The notes below the pieces were generated by a model, which saw nothing but the letters and a program-made list of their open reading frames with translations, was not told the DNA's origin and did no database searches. A stretch of DNA of 64,000 nt from Phoronis australis (Eukaryota; Animalia; Phoronida): assembly GCA_002633005.1 (NCBI GenBank), contig NMRA01000318.1:273594-337593 (forward strand), given 5' to 3'. Numbering within the stretch: the first letter of the stretch is position 1; each line of letters begins with the position of its first letter. This document shows positions 13,701 through 26,873 of the stretch, piece after piece. A program made the position numbers and the translations under genes.

Positions 13701-16700
13701 ATCGATTTCTATCTAAAAAGAATCAAGAGATCATCTGCAATTGATATGAAGCTGTCAAAGTTTGATGGGTTGTCCACTCAGCAAACCATGACTTTTTGAC
13801 ACTCTTGCAAACTTAAAGCCTTGTTTGATCTTTTACGGCATGACAATTTGTTTTTACCATGATTTCGAAAAATGCGAGATATTTTCTGTGTTTGAGTAAC
13901 CTGGTGTATAATCAGTGTTTTAGCTAATCAGTAAGAAGGACATTTGGGGACAAGGAAGTGTTCTTTCTTCCTGGATTTTTTAAATGAAACATGCTTATAC
14001 AATGCTTAAAGCAATGTTTCAATTTTCCTGTACTAGTACTACTATCTACACCATTTCTTTAACTGTATCTTTGTTGGGCCAAATATGCAATATATCTTTG
14101 TTGGGCCAAATACGCAATATATCTTTGTTGGGCCAAATATGCAATATATCTTTGTTGGGCCAAATATGCAATATCTCTTTGTTGGGCCAAATATGCAATA
14201 TATCTTTGTTGGGCCAAATATGCAATATGCTTCAAATGACTTCCATTGATTTCAATTGCATGACAAATTTTTATCGGCCATTTTCTAGCTGTTTGGTGTT
14301 GGACACTTGTGTATAATGGTTTTTGGTTGAGGGAACCATTTCTGTGATTGTTGATTTTTCTTCACACGGTGGATGTATCAGCTGTCAAAAATGAAGGCTT
14401 GGGATGTTGTTTTAAAAGGAGACTTTGATGTCTGTTATCTTTGTACGTATGGGACAACTCTACCTAGATACTGACAGCAAATATACATGTGATAAATCAA
14501 AACCAAAGACTCATGCAATTCGTTCTCTCTTGTGTTTCACTTAGCTCTTGGTCATGAGTCAGATATGTTTACCCATATTGACCATTTTGGTTAACGCGCA
14601 CCCTTGACTTCTCAAAAATTTTTGTTTTTAAATGCCCACACTTGGCTTGATGCCCACCCCTGATTTTTGAGTTTGGGCTCTGGGCGTTTACCTGCTTGAT
14701 TATGTAAGATTTTCAGTCATCAAGAATTCCAAAAAATATATTCTTTTATTGTTTGATAATGGACAAAAAGTTTTAAGAAATGTTAGCAAGTTTCAGGAAG
14801 GTTGAAGCTATTACAATCTGACAAGTGTTGTTTTTGCATGCTTCATTACGGTGTTTTCCTGTTGCTCCCAAGTTGCTCATTTCTATAGCTCAACAACAAG
14901 TTGGGAAGTTTACCCCTGTAGCCAATATCTTACACGACTGATTAACACCATTCTGGCATTCATGGTTGGAGAGCCAGCTCTCTTTTGTTCGGTAATTGCT
15001 CTGAATCTTCAATAAGATCATATCTAGCCTGACTGGGCTGTGCTGTTAAAAATAAAAGTTAAGTTATAACGTATTTGAACATAAACCAATAGCATTTCTG
15101 AAATCCTCGTCAAATGGTGGTAATGTTTAGTTTTTGAATTGCCAAAATCGCCCAACTGCAACTGAAGTTACCATTCTTTCCGAATGTACCAATTCACTAT
15201 GGGTTTTGACAGTGTTCACATGTGGTCTGTAATAAATCTGATAGATAATTGGCGTGCCTGTTGTCATAACAGACAAAAGACTGTGCTTGGCAGTTAACAA
15301 GGAAGCTAGATGTTATCACACGCTTACAACACTCTTCGTCTGGTAAAGTCACTGAATGGGAAAACGCTGTCATGTGATCATGAAAGGGAAAGNATGACTT
15401 TTTGACACTCTTGCAAACTTAAAGCCTTGTTTGATCTTTTTCGGCATGACAATTTTTTTTTACCATGATTTCGAAAAATGCGAGATATTTTGTGTGTTTG
15501 AGTAACCTGGTTTATAATCAGTGTTTTAGCTAGTCAGTAAGAAGGACGTGTGGGGACAAGGAATGTAACTTCTTTCTTCCTGGATTTTTTAAATGAAACA
15601 TGCTTACACAATGCTTAAAGCAATGTTTCAATTTTCCTGTACTAGTACTACTATCTACACCATTTCTTTAACTGTATCTTTGTTGGGCCAAATATGCAAT
15701 ATATCTTTGTTGGGCCAAATATGCAATATATCTTTGTTGGGCCAAATATGCAATATATCTTTGTTGGGCCAAATATGCAATATATCTTTGTTGGGCCAAA
15801 TATGCAATATGCTTCAAATGACTTCCATTGATTTCAATTGCATGGCAAATTTTTATCGGCCATTTTCTAGCTGTTTGGTGTTTGACACTTGTGTATAATG
15901 GTTTTTGGTTGAGGGAACCATTTCTGTGATTGTTGATTTTTCTTCACACGGTGGATGTATCAGCTGTCAAAAATGAAGGCTTGGGATGTTGTTTTAAAAG
16001 GAGACTTTGATGTCTGTTATCTTCGTACGTATGGGACAACTCTACCTAGATACTGACAGCAAATATACATGTGATAAATCAAAATCAAAGACTCATGCAA
16101 TTCGTTCTCTCTTGTGTTTCACTTAGCTCTTGGTCATGAGTCAGATATGTTTACCCATATTGACCATTTTGGTTAACGCGCACCCTTGACTTCTCAAAAA
16201 TTTTTGTTTTTAAATGCCCATACTTGGCTTGATGCCCACCCCTGATTTTTGAGTTTGGGCTCTGGGCGTTTACCTGCTTGATTATGTAAGATTTTCAGTC
16301 ATCAAGAATTCCAAAAAATATATTCTTTTATTGTTTGATAATGGACAAAAAGTTTTAAGAAATGTTAGCAAGTTTCAGGAAGGTTGAAGCTATTACAATC
16401 TGACAAGTGTTGTTTTTGCATGCTTCATTACGGTGTTTTCCTGTTGCTCCCAAGTTGCTCATTTCTATAGCTCAACAACAAGTTGGGAAGTTTACCCCTG
16501 TAGCCAATATCTTACACGACTGATTAACACCATTCTGGCATTCATGGTTGGAGAGCCAGCTCTCTTTTGTTCGGTAATTGCTCTGAATCTTCAATAAGAT
16601 CATATCTAGCCTGACTGGGCTGTGCTGTTAAAAATAAAAGTTAAGTTATAACGTATTTGAACATAAACCAATAGCATTTCTGAAATCCTCGTCAAATGGT

Positions 16701-19700
16701 GGTAATGTTTAGTTTTTGAATTGCCAAAATCGCCCAACTGCAACTGAAGTTACCATTCTTTCCGAATGTACCAATTCACTATGGGTTTTGACAGTGTTCA
16801 CATGTGGTCTGTAATAAATCTGATAGATAATTGGCGTGCCTGTTGTCATAACAGACAAAAGACTGTGCTTGGCAGTTAACAAGGAAGCTAGATGTTATCA
16901 CACGCTTACAACACTCTTCGTCTGGTAAAGTCACTGAATGGGAAAACGCTGTCATGTGATCATGAAAGGGAAAGAATCAAATTTTTGCTTTCCCATCTAA
17001 GGATCTTATGCCTTGATCATGTATTAATTGATGCTCAGCTGATCCCACTGGTTGAGTTCTAGACAAATGGCTAACATCAGTTTGGTGATTTTTGTTGGAT
17101 GATAGACACATTGGTGATGTATGACACCGACACCTAACTGATGCCCACGATTATCTACCAGTCGTCGGCTGATATGACTATTTTTCTGCCAAAAACTCAC
17201 TGTATCATGGCCGAAAGATTTATGTAACCAAGGCATTAGAGGAGTGAGGATTCAGTGCAGTAAAGAAGAAGTATAATTAATGACAGCCTTGTCAGTTTGC
17301 ATAGATTGTGTGACTCAGACGAAGAAATTGTTTTTCTTTAGAATATGTTTTAGAGGTTTTTAGTGTGGCAAATTAGTGGTCAAGATTTACACAAAAATAC
17401 TATTAGCTAGACTTACTGGCTGCTGTAAACTTGATTTCTAAATTTTGGTTTAAAGTTGGAAAAATTTCTTCCCCTTATTATAGATGAACATGAAATGTAT
17501 GTATTTTGTTACATTTACCTGTATAGGGCTTAACTGTTTAGTACTAAGCAAGACTTTTCATTTTTTTCAGAATTGTTGTTGTTTTAGACTCAATTATTAA
17601 AGTATACACCTTCACACAAAACCCTCAGCAGCTGCACGTGTTTGAAACATCACCAAACCCAACAGGTAAGTTAGCTGTTTTCCCATAGCACCAAGCAGTC
17701 ATTCCCGAATAATCAGTATGTGTTTTGTCAACTCCTTAGCTTATGTTATAATTACATCAATATTTTGGAGTGCAACTTCGGACTTTTGAATGAGCTCTGG
17801 TCTCAATTTGTCATCTTGAACACAATGTGACATACGCATGTTTTTCAAGCAGTGCTTTGATGACTACATTTATCCACTGCTTTAAAAATCGGGCCAAAAA
17901 GATAATTCCTTGTTGTTTCTTGTCTGGGGTGTTTCTCATGCTGCACCATTTTTGAAACCTTTAATTTGGTCAGTCTTGAGGTGAGATTGATGAACGTTAT
18001 GGACCGAGTGGAGTTCATTGATTCCAGGTATGGCTTGATTCACCCCTTCCTTAAGCTTAATTAGTTACCAATATTTGAGATCTGCGGTTTTCGTGTGATC
18101 CAATTAGCACAGCACGGGCTTTGAGTGAACTTGTCTGGTTACTTTTCGAAAACGAATTTTAAAGAATTGCACCACTCAACTGGTTTTGGTAAAATAATGT
18201 TGGAAAAGTAACTATTTACACAAAACGTAATCCTTTCAATTATAAATCCTGAGACTTGCTTTAGCCGACCCCTTTTGCAGTTCTTTATCTCAATAACAGT
18301 CAGAAAGTTCCTGTTGAAAATGTTAACATCACCACACAACCCATTCTGCAGGTCTGTGTGTGATGTGTCCTAACAGCAACAACTCATTACTCGCCTTTCC
18401 TGGTCGACGGACGGGTCACGTGCAGATCGTGGACTTGGCTAATACGGAGAAGCCCCCTGTGGACATAGCGGCCCATGAGGCGGCGCTCAGCTGCATTTCG
18501 CTGAACCTGCAAGGGACACGGCTTGCGACTTCTTCGGAAAAGGTTTGCTGGAGATTTTTTTGTGAATTTGTTCCACTCGTGTTCTAAGATGCCTCTTCAT
18601 TTACGTCCTTCATTAAAGTGCCTATGAATCCAGTTCATGATGTTTTGATTTGTAACCACCATGTATCACCCTTTGAGGTATCTCTACATTTTTTTGGTTA
18701 TTTAACTTGTGTAACAAATTAAGTAGAACTGCAAGGTCATAGATTTCATTTACAAAATCCAATTTTCCATATTGCGGTCTTTTGCTGTTGACGTTTCTGT
18801 AGTATGTTGTCAATTTTCTGTTTTCCTTTAAGAATACTGTGCAATAAATTACCTTAAGTTTTAGATCTGTTTTTCTGTTATTTGGGGTTTTAATTTAATC
18901 TGTAGAAAGTGTAAAATGCACTTCAAGAATGCAACGTAATCATTGAGTTTCAAATTACACATTATTTCGAACGCATGATTAGATTGACTCTGTTACTTGC
19001 AGCCACTGCAATTAATGTCTTTCCATAGGGTACGCTCATTCGAGTATTCGACACGGCTTCAGGCACACAGTTGCAAGAGTTAAGGAGAGGTGCCAACAAT
19101 GCTCATATCTACTGGTATGTTGCGGTGTTATCCTAACAACTGAACTGCCAAAAAATGATGTCACGTCAATCATGTCATTACCTAGAAGTTCTTTAACCTG
19201 TATTTATATCTTCTATTTAATGTGGTTTAAATACTGTCTGAGAATTAAACCAAGGACGTTTCATCAATAATTTGACTTTGGTTTTGTAGACAGAATGTAT
19301 TAAGTAAATTGCCGTTATTTATTTATTTTCAGTGTTGCATCTTTGAGCATTTTGATAATTTCTGTTGTGTGTAAATATATTAATTCTAAATTTTTTATCT
19401 TTCTTACAACTTCTTCTGTATGCTACTGAGATGCCAAAAGTTGTTTTATGGTAATGGCTGTAAGTACTGCCATTTATTGACGGGTGGTTGTTGCATACCT
19501 ATTCTAAGGCCATCTATTGACCGTTTTGTGTTCCAGCATCAATTTCAACCATGATTCTACTCTGCTCTGTGTCTCCAGTGATCATGGTACTGTTCACATC
19601 TTTTCCATCGAGGACCCAGCCAAGAACAAGAAGTCCAGCTTGGCCTCCGCCGGATTCCTGCCAAAATACTTCAGCTCTAAATGGAGCTTCTCCAAAGTGC

Positions 19701-21424
19701 AAGTGCCTGGAGGGTCCCACTGCATTTGTGCCTTTGGAAACGACAACAACTCTGTGATTGGTGAGGCTACAACCTGAATGGTTCCATTATTACCAGTAAT
19801 GACATCAACTGTGTGTGAAGCCTTGTTATAAATAAGGCTATCCTCTTGATTACTTGCTCAAATAGTTCTAACCCGTTTCAAAAGAATCTGGATATGTTCT
19901 CTACACAGAGGTTTCATATCAAGTTTATTTTGCAAGGAACATCTCTTTCATTGCTCATATTTTGGATCTGCTAAAAATGGCTTGATAAACAATTAGTCCT
20001 TGATAAACAAAGTTATTTCTAAAAAGCAATATTGCTACAAAGTATAAAAAATTATCCTTTTCTATATTTCACATATTGCCAGCAGACTTCCACTTAGTGA
20101 AACACTGTTTTATGCAGTAATTGTTCTTATAACAGCGCATGATATACCAAAAATATGCAAATTCAAACTATTAATGAAAGAACTTTGAGATGATTCAACA
20201 CGTCAAAAATACCGGCTAATGCTGTTTGCTTCAGACATGGTGCCATAATAGAATTTATTTATTTCTTGCGATAAACGTAACATCAAAAAAAAAAACAAAG
20301 CAGGACTCACCTTTGAAACTCACAACTATGTGACTACGCAATAGACACTTTAGCTGTGAGCTCGGTATATGCACACTCAATAATATTCAAATAATGTGTT
20401 TGGACAAAACTAAGTGATCTTGCAGTTCATAATGCAAAGTCATTAGAATTAAATATTCAATAACATGTTCGAAAGCCCATGTCTATACTGTGGAGGGTTT
20501 GTATGTAAATGCTAGGAATGAGTATACTAAAATGGTGTCGAACCTCCTAGATATCCCATTTCGCTGAAAAGTGACTCATCTCCTTTGTGTTTAAACTCGT
20601 TGCATTCACTTTGTAACCTGGACATTGGTGAGCTAAACTCATTGCAGCAAAATTCAAAGTTGTTACTAGAGCTGGGAATTAGTCACTTATATCACTCCCG
20701 GATTTTGCGAACCAGATTGATACCTGTTATTCATTGGAAAAAAAAACTGGTTCTCAAAATTTGGGATCGCCGTAAGTGACTATTACCGAACACTGTTAGT
20801 GAAACTTCATGTTCACAGTTGTATGTATTTCGGTGATAAGTGTTCATATAACTGGTGTATGTATTGTCCGATAACCTCTCTTCATTTGTTGTACAGTAAA
20901 GTTTTCCAATTTCAGACAGTCTCTAGAATTTGGGACGTGGAAACTCCCGCAAAAATTGAATTTTCGTGATTCTGTAATAGGGAGAAGGACGATTTTGGCG
21001 TTCACCATATTTCTCAAATTATGGACAGGGTGTTTTCAATCTACAGATTGGGTAATGTTGCCCTCTTTCCAGTGATTCTTGAATTTTGGATGCCATTATT
21101 GTCTGTTTTTAAAAATTGAGAAAGCTCCAACCTTGAGCAAAATAAGATCAATATTTTTCACTGTCCCACACTGGAGTATTTTTATTGAAAGTAAAGCAAA
21201 AAGATTGAATGCCTTTTTATGAAAATTATCTTGACAGCATTTACAAACATTTTAATGTTAAAACATGAATCAATGCAATTTCAAACTACTGTTAATGAAA
21301 GGGTTGCTCTATTGCAGTTATCTGCGCTAATGGTAGTTACTACAAGTTCCTGTTCAATGCCAAAGGTGAATGCACGCGTGACGTTTATGCCCAGTACTTG
21401 GACATGACTGATGAGACATCCTAA
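10799..21424 (+). CDS. WDR45B: WD repeat domain phosphoinositide-interacting protein 3 (WIPI3, Atg18/PROPPIN family), 344 aa
   Basis: Exons 10799-10865, 12785-12961, 13503-13590, 17571-17665, 18352-18542, 19029-19114, 19537-19760, 21318-21424 (1035 nt, phases consistent). Contains [60 protein letters not shown], the PI3P-binding [26 protein letters not shown] and [18 protein letters not shown]. The N- and C-termini resemble WDR45B rather than WDR45. Confidence 0.95.
11457..11614. mobile_element. Small hAT-like MITE
   Basis: Ends AGAGCGTTCGAA...TTCGAACACT are inverted; internal GGGCCAGT repeats. Confidence 0.45.
14066..14227. repeat. 27-bp minisatellite x6 (TATCTTTGTTGGGCCAAATATGCAATA)
   Basis: Direct tandem units; produces the spurious [12 protein letters not shown]. 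Confidence 0.95.
15675..15809. repeat. 27-bp minisatellite x5 (second copy)
   Basis: Same unit inside the duplicated block. Confidence 0.95.
20680..20782. mobile_element. About 100-bp hairpin MITE (TAG...CTA ends); relatives at 25525-25602 and 31667-31766
   Basis: TAGTCACTTA...TAAGTGACTA ends. The internal TTTTG(A/C)GAACCAG motif is shared by all three copies; its inverted partner CTGGTTCTCAAAA is in the 20680 and 31667 copies. Confidence 0.65.
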
Positions 21425-22887
21425 ACTGTACCTAAACAATAACAGAGGTTGTGCACTGTGCCATGGCAATGACAGATTGAATCGAAGCTTTTGTCAAGTG
21501 GCAGACATAGAAAGGAGTTGTGAAGTGCATCTGTTAATGCCTAAGCAAGTGTAATCACCCATGAGTAATTGAATCCCTATCACATCTCAGCCAAGGATCT
21601 AAGCTTTTTACTCGAAATGGAAGTGAAATATGTTGACATTGTCCATTGTCCTTTAATACGAACCCAAGAGTCCTAGATACAAACTCAAGATATTTACCTT
21701 TTTTTCTGTGCTTGAGTATAGTATGGATTACGCAAACCACTGGGTAGTCTAGAATTCGTATTTGATTACCTGTAGATTTGAGCTACAAACTCGAATAAAA
21801 CTTGAGATTTCAAGTAAAGATTTGAACTTTCGAGTTCAGATTCCTCCGCGTTAACCATAATATACTTGAGCGTGGAATAATAAACACTTATGTTGCGTTC
21901 ATACAAAAGTAGAAATTAATTTCGATTGTGAGTGAGAAGATTAGATCCAGGTCAACTAGAGTCACAGTAGAGTTGACAATATTAGTGTTAGGGAGATGTT
22001 TTTCATCATACTAAGGCAGCATAATAGTAACAGGGATGTTAGCATCGCCAGGCTTTCTTTCTGTCAATGTCAAGTTAACTGCTGACACCAATTTATATTT
22101 GCAAGTTGAGGTCATATTGTCTCTATTGTTATCATGAAGCTTTAGCTGTTAAGGCATTGAACAAGTAACAAAGTGTACTTGACATGTAGTGGGCAGCAAT
22201 GAGGTGGTAACCAGACATGTGAAGAATCGTAAGTTGTGCTCAGCCATCCAGTAGGATAGGTCATACATCAACTGTCTGTAGACGTCCTGGTGTTTGTTTG
22301 ATAAATTGCGAACTACACTGAAAGTTTTTGTTGCCTTGCTTCAATACCCTGATCATTTATTTCTATTTTAGGCTGTTAGGATATCAGAATTGTGTGTTTT
22401 GCACTGCAAAGGTGCCATGACTTATCTTCAGTGATATGGTGTACTAATGCTATCATGTGTAGTTTAATAGCTGAACGTTGCATTATATTAAGTTAAATTC
22501 CATCCTAGACTGATTTCCATTCCATCCAGTTAATTTGCTGTCACGGTGGTGTGGAATGTCTGTGAAGAGAGTTCTATCGGTAAATGGGCTTTACATGTGA
22601 AGACTAGGATTTCAATAACTATTGGACATTGAAGCAATCAGTGTGACTTGATTTTTCACTTAGAAAGAGTTTTGTAAAATGTAACTTATGTGTAAACTAA
22701 ATTGGAATTATTCATTCTGTTGAAGTGGTTCTAGGCTGGTACTTCATTCATCTGTTTTTAAAAAATAATTGCAGTTTATCTGGTACATGTCACCAGTACT
22801 GAACAGGCCACTTGGGTGGTCCCACTGCACTGATCACCTGGAACCATTTTTATGCTTAGTTAAAACGGAGCTGAGGAGCTGGAGACC

Positions 22888-22978
22888 TGACTCAAGGGTC
22901 TAGCAGTGTGCCCCAGAAGCACTCGAACCCACGACATTGAGTAAAGGAAGCAGACACTTATTCCACTAGGTTACAGTT
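22888..22978 (-). mobile_element. tRNA-derived SINE remnant
   Basis: The minus strand reads TAACCTAGTGG (A-box-like)...GTGGGTTCGAGTGC (B-box-like); no intact cloverleaf. Confidence 0.45.
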
Positions 22979-24356
22979 CCCTCTCTCAATCATTATTTGA
23001 TTCACACTTGATATTTGTTTCTGCAAAGTGAAAGACTTGCTGCATATTGCTCTCTACTGTTTGGAAAAGACTAAACATGGATTTCTGATGGTAAGCACCA
23101 GAGGGTATTTGGAAGTGGCTTATTTCTTACCTTTCTGGTACAGTAACCACTCTACAATTTCACACATTCTAATTTTTAGCAGGCATTTTTACTTTCTATT
23201 CATCCAAAACTATGGTTACCATGTGCCATAATGTATCACACTATACAGACAATTTATATGCCCTAAGCAGCACCTGCAAAAAGTGCAATACTTAAGATGC
23301 TATTCCTTTTGTACCTTCGCCTTACAACATTTCCAGCCACTCTACTCATTTCACTCTACCCTGCTTCTTGAAAAAGTTAATTAAATTAATTCTGTGCAAA
23401 CATGTAGAGCGATAACTGTACACAGAATACATCCCGAGGTGTTCTTCCAAAACATAGCCAATAAACTGAAAATGTGCCAACTGCTTTGACAGGGATGGAA
23501 TCCCTTGAATATTTGTCTTTAGTGAAGTTAAGTTTATTTTGTAGATAAGGTGAAAATGTTCTGAAGTTAACTTTGCCCTGTTACACAGTAAAGCTTCATC
23601 TTTGTTTGAAACTCACCGACTATGTATTCTGAGAAACACCTTAACTGTTGAAAATCTTCCCAAATGTGTCTGTGTTTGGAGGGGTCCTGTTTGCTGAAAT
23701 TCAGATACTCCCCATATTTACTCATGAAATCAACACTTTAGAGTGCTCCATTCAAAGTTTACCTAACGAAAATACTCTGGGTTGCACTTCTGCATTGAGA
23801 ATATTTCTGTCACACTGTTGAAAGAGGTCTTTAAGTGTTCCATCCTCTGGCCAACACAACACTGAAGCAATATGTTTGGAAAGAGACTTTGTCTCTAAAC
23901 TGGGAGCGGTCAGGTGGCTTCATTTTGTTTCACATTGCTATTTTCTGTCGTGAATTTTTATATTGCTTCAAGTTGCAGATTCATTAATCAGCTAACTCTT
24001 CAAAGCTGGGTATGTTATTGGTGTTTTAAGATGAATGCCAGTTTCCTTGTTAATTGATAAATATTGTTAAAAGTTTTTGTATAAATTTATTATTGTATGA
24101 TATTCGAATGGATAATATATCACCTCATTTATCTGTATGTTCAGTTTTTGTCAAGGAAGTATTTAAGCCTCCAGTTTACCCGAATACATTTTCAATGCTG
24201 CAATGTGAAATGTGTGGAAATAGAATAATGTGTTATGGGAGTCATATGCTTATAAATGCATCAAAATGATACTGAAATACAACTGGGGCTATGAAACTTG
24301 CAGTGCCGCACTGGAGCACATCAAAAATTATGTTTTCAAAAAACATCTGGAACCTG

Positions 24357-24580
24357 CAGGGCTTGGAATTTTCCTCTTTTTAAAGGATTATCCTCTTTTT
24401 TGGTTTTGATTTCCTTTTATTTGATTTCCAGCTTCCTCTTTTTCCATTTCTTTATTATTGACTTACTAGTAATTCATGCAAAAACGTTTATCAGTTAAAT
24501 TTTACAACACAAAAATATTTCTATCATACAAGCTTATTTGTGGAACAATTCGTCACCTGGAAAATTATGATCCTTTTTTC
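24357..24580. mobile_element. MITE family CAGGGCTTGGAATTTTCCTC (copy 1; others at 33144-33399 and inverted at 45607-45821)
   Basis: Three homologous copies of about 220-255 bp; CAG..TTGGAAT / ATTCC..CTG terminal inverted repeats (hAT-like); no clear TSD. Confidence 0.75.
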
Positions 24581-25059
24581 ACTAGTTTAGTTTGCTCACA
24601 GTTTATTAACAACAGATCTTGATACCTGCTTTTATTCTCCTTTACATAATTTATTTGAAGATGAGTTTGAAAAACTCGCACAAGTCACATCGTAATACCT
24701 GTAGTAATGACAAAGTTGAAGACATGAATTAGGTACTTTTTAAAAAAATATAGTGATTTTACCTACATTTCACACTTTGCCATTGATTATCAGAAAACAA
24801 AGTTGTAGGAGTCGTCTGTTTTGGAAAGGTCAAAGTTCACCCACGGAATGTCATCTCTTAGTTGGGAAACTACTAAATGTTTCAATGCAGCTTTCTAGCT
24901 GTGATGTTTCGTCAAAATTATGTATTTAAGCTGAATTTCAGTACATATTGTTTTGTAAAGATCAAATAAACATTTAATGCCGATCGAAAAAAAGATTTCA
25001 AGACTAAATCAAATACGAAACTGAACAGGGAAATAAGAACTAGCTCCACAAGTTCAGCA

Positions 25060-25244
25060 AAGAACACTTCCGTATTTGTCATGAGTCATTTGTTTTTAGC
25101 CAACTCAAAGACGTGGAACGTTAGTAATTTACAAAAATAGGAGTGTTCATCGTTCTTATAAATGTAATACTTTTAGTGAGTTAGAATACGACCAACCCAG
25201 CAAGTACTTTGGGTCATATATACGACCAGCTTGACAAAAGGCAG
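25060..25244 (+). promoter_or_regulatory. Putative GGPS1 promoter and non-coding first exon
   Basis: The GGPS1 ATG sits 1 nt after an acceptor (TTTCACAG|A ATG), so an upstream exon is required. This region has CACTTCCG (ETS, reverse) at about 25065, TGAGTCA at 25082, and candidate donors at 25176 (GTGAGT) and 25245 (CAG|GTGAAC). Confidence 0.45.
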
Positions 25245-25855
25245 GTGAACACTTCTTTACTTATTTCGTGACTGTCGCGTTTGTCGGCTTGTGAAGCCTT
25301 GCCCTTGGTCTTGGACTTGGTGAACCTTGAACAGCAGCCCTTGGTGAAGGTGGAAAAGCTTGTGGCAGGGAGTTGGACTTCATTCACTCAGTGATTGAAG
25401 AGCTACTCACACTCGCACAATTATAACACAAGACACTTGTCTTACGCACAGACAAATCAGGTATGCTGTTCTTTCGTTGCCCTGGCCTAGGCCTAGCCTT
25501 TGTGCAAAGCTGTTTAAATATTGACACTGGTCGGATATAGTGGTCCCTGATTTTGAGAACCAGGCAATGACTGAATATCGGGCCCACTATATCTGACCAG
25601 TGCCACTGCCTTGGTGCAAAGCTGTATAAATATAAATATAATAAACAGGTAGCTGGCTCAGTGGCATTGGCTGCATGGATACCTTGACACTACAATCTTC
25701 ACCCCGTGATCTTTACCCCTTACAATCTTCACCCACATTGGCATTGACATTGTTCTCACTCGGTGACACTCATTTGCTCAGGTATGATCATTCTGCCATG
25801 GTCTTTGCTCACCTTTTCACTTTGTGGCGGAGCAGACGAAATGCTTCATATATCG

Positions 25856-26396
25856 ACCTGAAGCGTGTTCAACAGAGTAAGCGTCCGCTAGCGTGTACTC
25901 ACGAACACAAGGAACAGCTCTTGAACAGCTGTGAGCGCTCACTGTGTGATCCAGTATGGTGACTCTGAAGCAGATTGTGTTGAACGTCTTAGCCAATTAA
26001 CTTAACACTAACAGTCCTTCCTATGGCGTACTGAGTGATGAATATGATTAATCTTTGACAATATTAATATCGGCAGCCCAAGAAAACAACCATGAAGGCT
26101 TTGGAACAACAAGAATTGAAAATTATGTTGAGGAAACTGTTCCTCACTACAGCGACCCGCAATTTAAGTCGCACTTTCGGATGAGTTGGTCAACTTTTGA
26201 GGTTAGTTTTCGTGTTGCAGAACCATAATGGGTTCATATGTTGCAGACGTGAAGCCTTCGCGGCAGGACGCCATCTTGGAAATCTAAGCGAACATGCTCT
26301 CGAGGTTCTTTGCGAGCGCTAACATAAACACAGCTGTTCAGGACGAGGGAGCTCAAATCACTCGTGGGCGCTCACTCTATTGAACACGCTTCAGGT
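25856..26396 (+). mobile_element. PIF/Harbinger-type deletion derivative with N-terminal transposase fragment
   Basis: TIRs of about 30 bp (ACCTGAAGCGTGTTCAACAGAGTAAGCG / CGCTCACTCTATTGAACACGCTTCAGGT). Positions 26112-26201 translate to RIENYVEETVPHYSDPQFKSHFRMSWSTFE, matching the FxxxFRMSRxTF motif of Harbinger/HARBI1 transposases. Confidence 0.8.
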
Positions 26397-26873
26397 TAGC
26401 ACGGTCCTGGCCTCAGGATTGGAATTTATTGAAGTGCATGCCTGTCCTTTTAGCCAAACAGTAATGACTGTATAGAAATTATATTTTTAAAATGTCCTGT
26501 TAGGGCATTTACCTTTAAGCTGTCAGTTGGAGTTAACATTACTATAACGTGTCCATAAATAAAGACATCAACCTAGGCAAATACGGTCAATTAGTTTCTA
26601 TTGGCCGCTTTTGCACAATTATTATTTTCAGTTGATGCAAAAGTGACCTGTCAGTGGTTGACTGCAATTTTGTTTGTAGGTGTAGTTATTGCTCTCATGT
26701 ATCATGTAACATTGTTTTCATGATTGATTCCCTCATGGAGATTGATTTGATTCTGCAGTTTAAGCTATGAAATTCAAACGAAGATCACCAATGCGACACT
26801 GTTGATTGTACTCATTTGTGTGTTTAAGGAATGTAGGACTCATTCATATTGTTGTAATCTCTTATTTCACAGA

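Larger units (their letters stand above)
13788..16974. repeat. About 1.6-kb tandem duplication (13788-15392 / 15394-16974) joined by a single N; probable false (allelic) duplication
   Basis: The copies are near-identical with N at 15393. They differ by scattered SNPs and indels and by 6 vs 5 units of a 27-bp minisatellite. Confidence 0.92.

Noticed and set aside
14066-14227. CRISPR-like array
   Set aside because: The units are contiguous with no spacers, and the DNA is a eukaryotic intron.
13984-15898. Two ORFs with SLLGQICNI repeats resembling a repeat protein
   Set aside because: They are translations of a 27-bp intronic minisatellite within the duplicated block; there is no splice or codon support.
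25699-25736. SREBP site (TCACCCCGTGAT / TCACCCAC) near GGPS1
   Set aside because: Imperfect match within a short local direct repeat; not distinguishable from chance.
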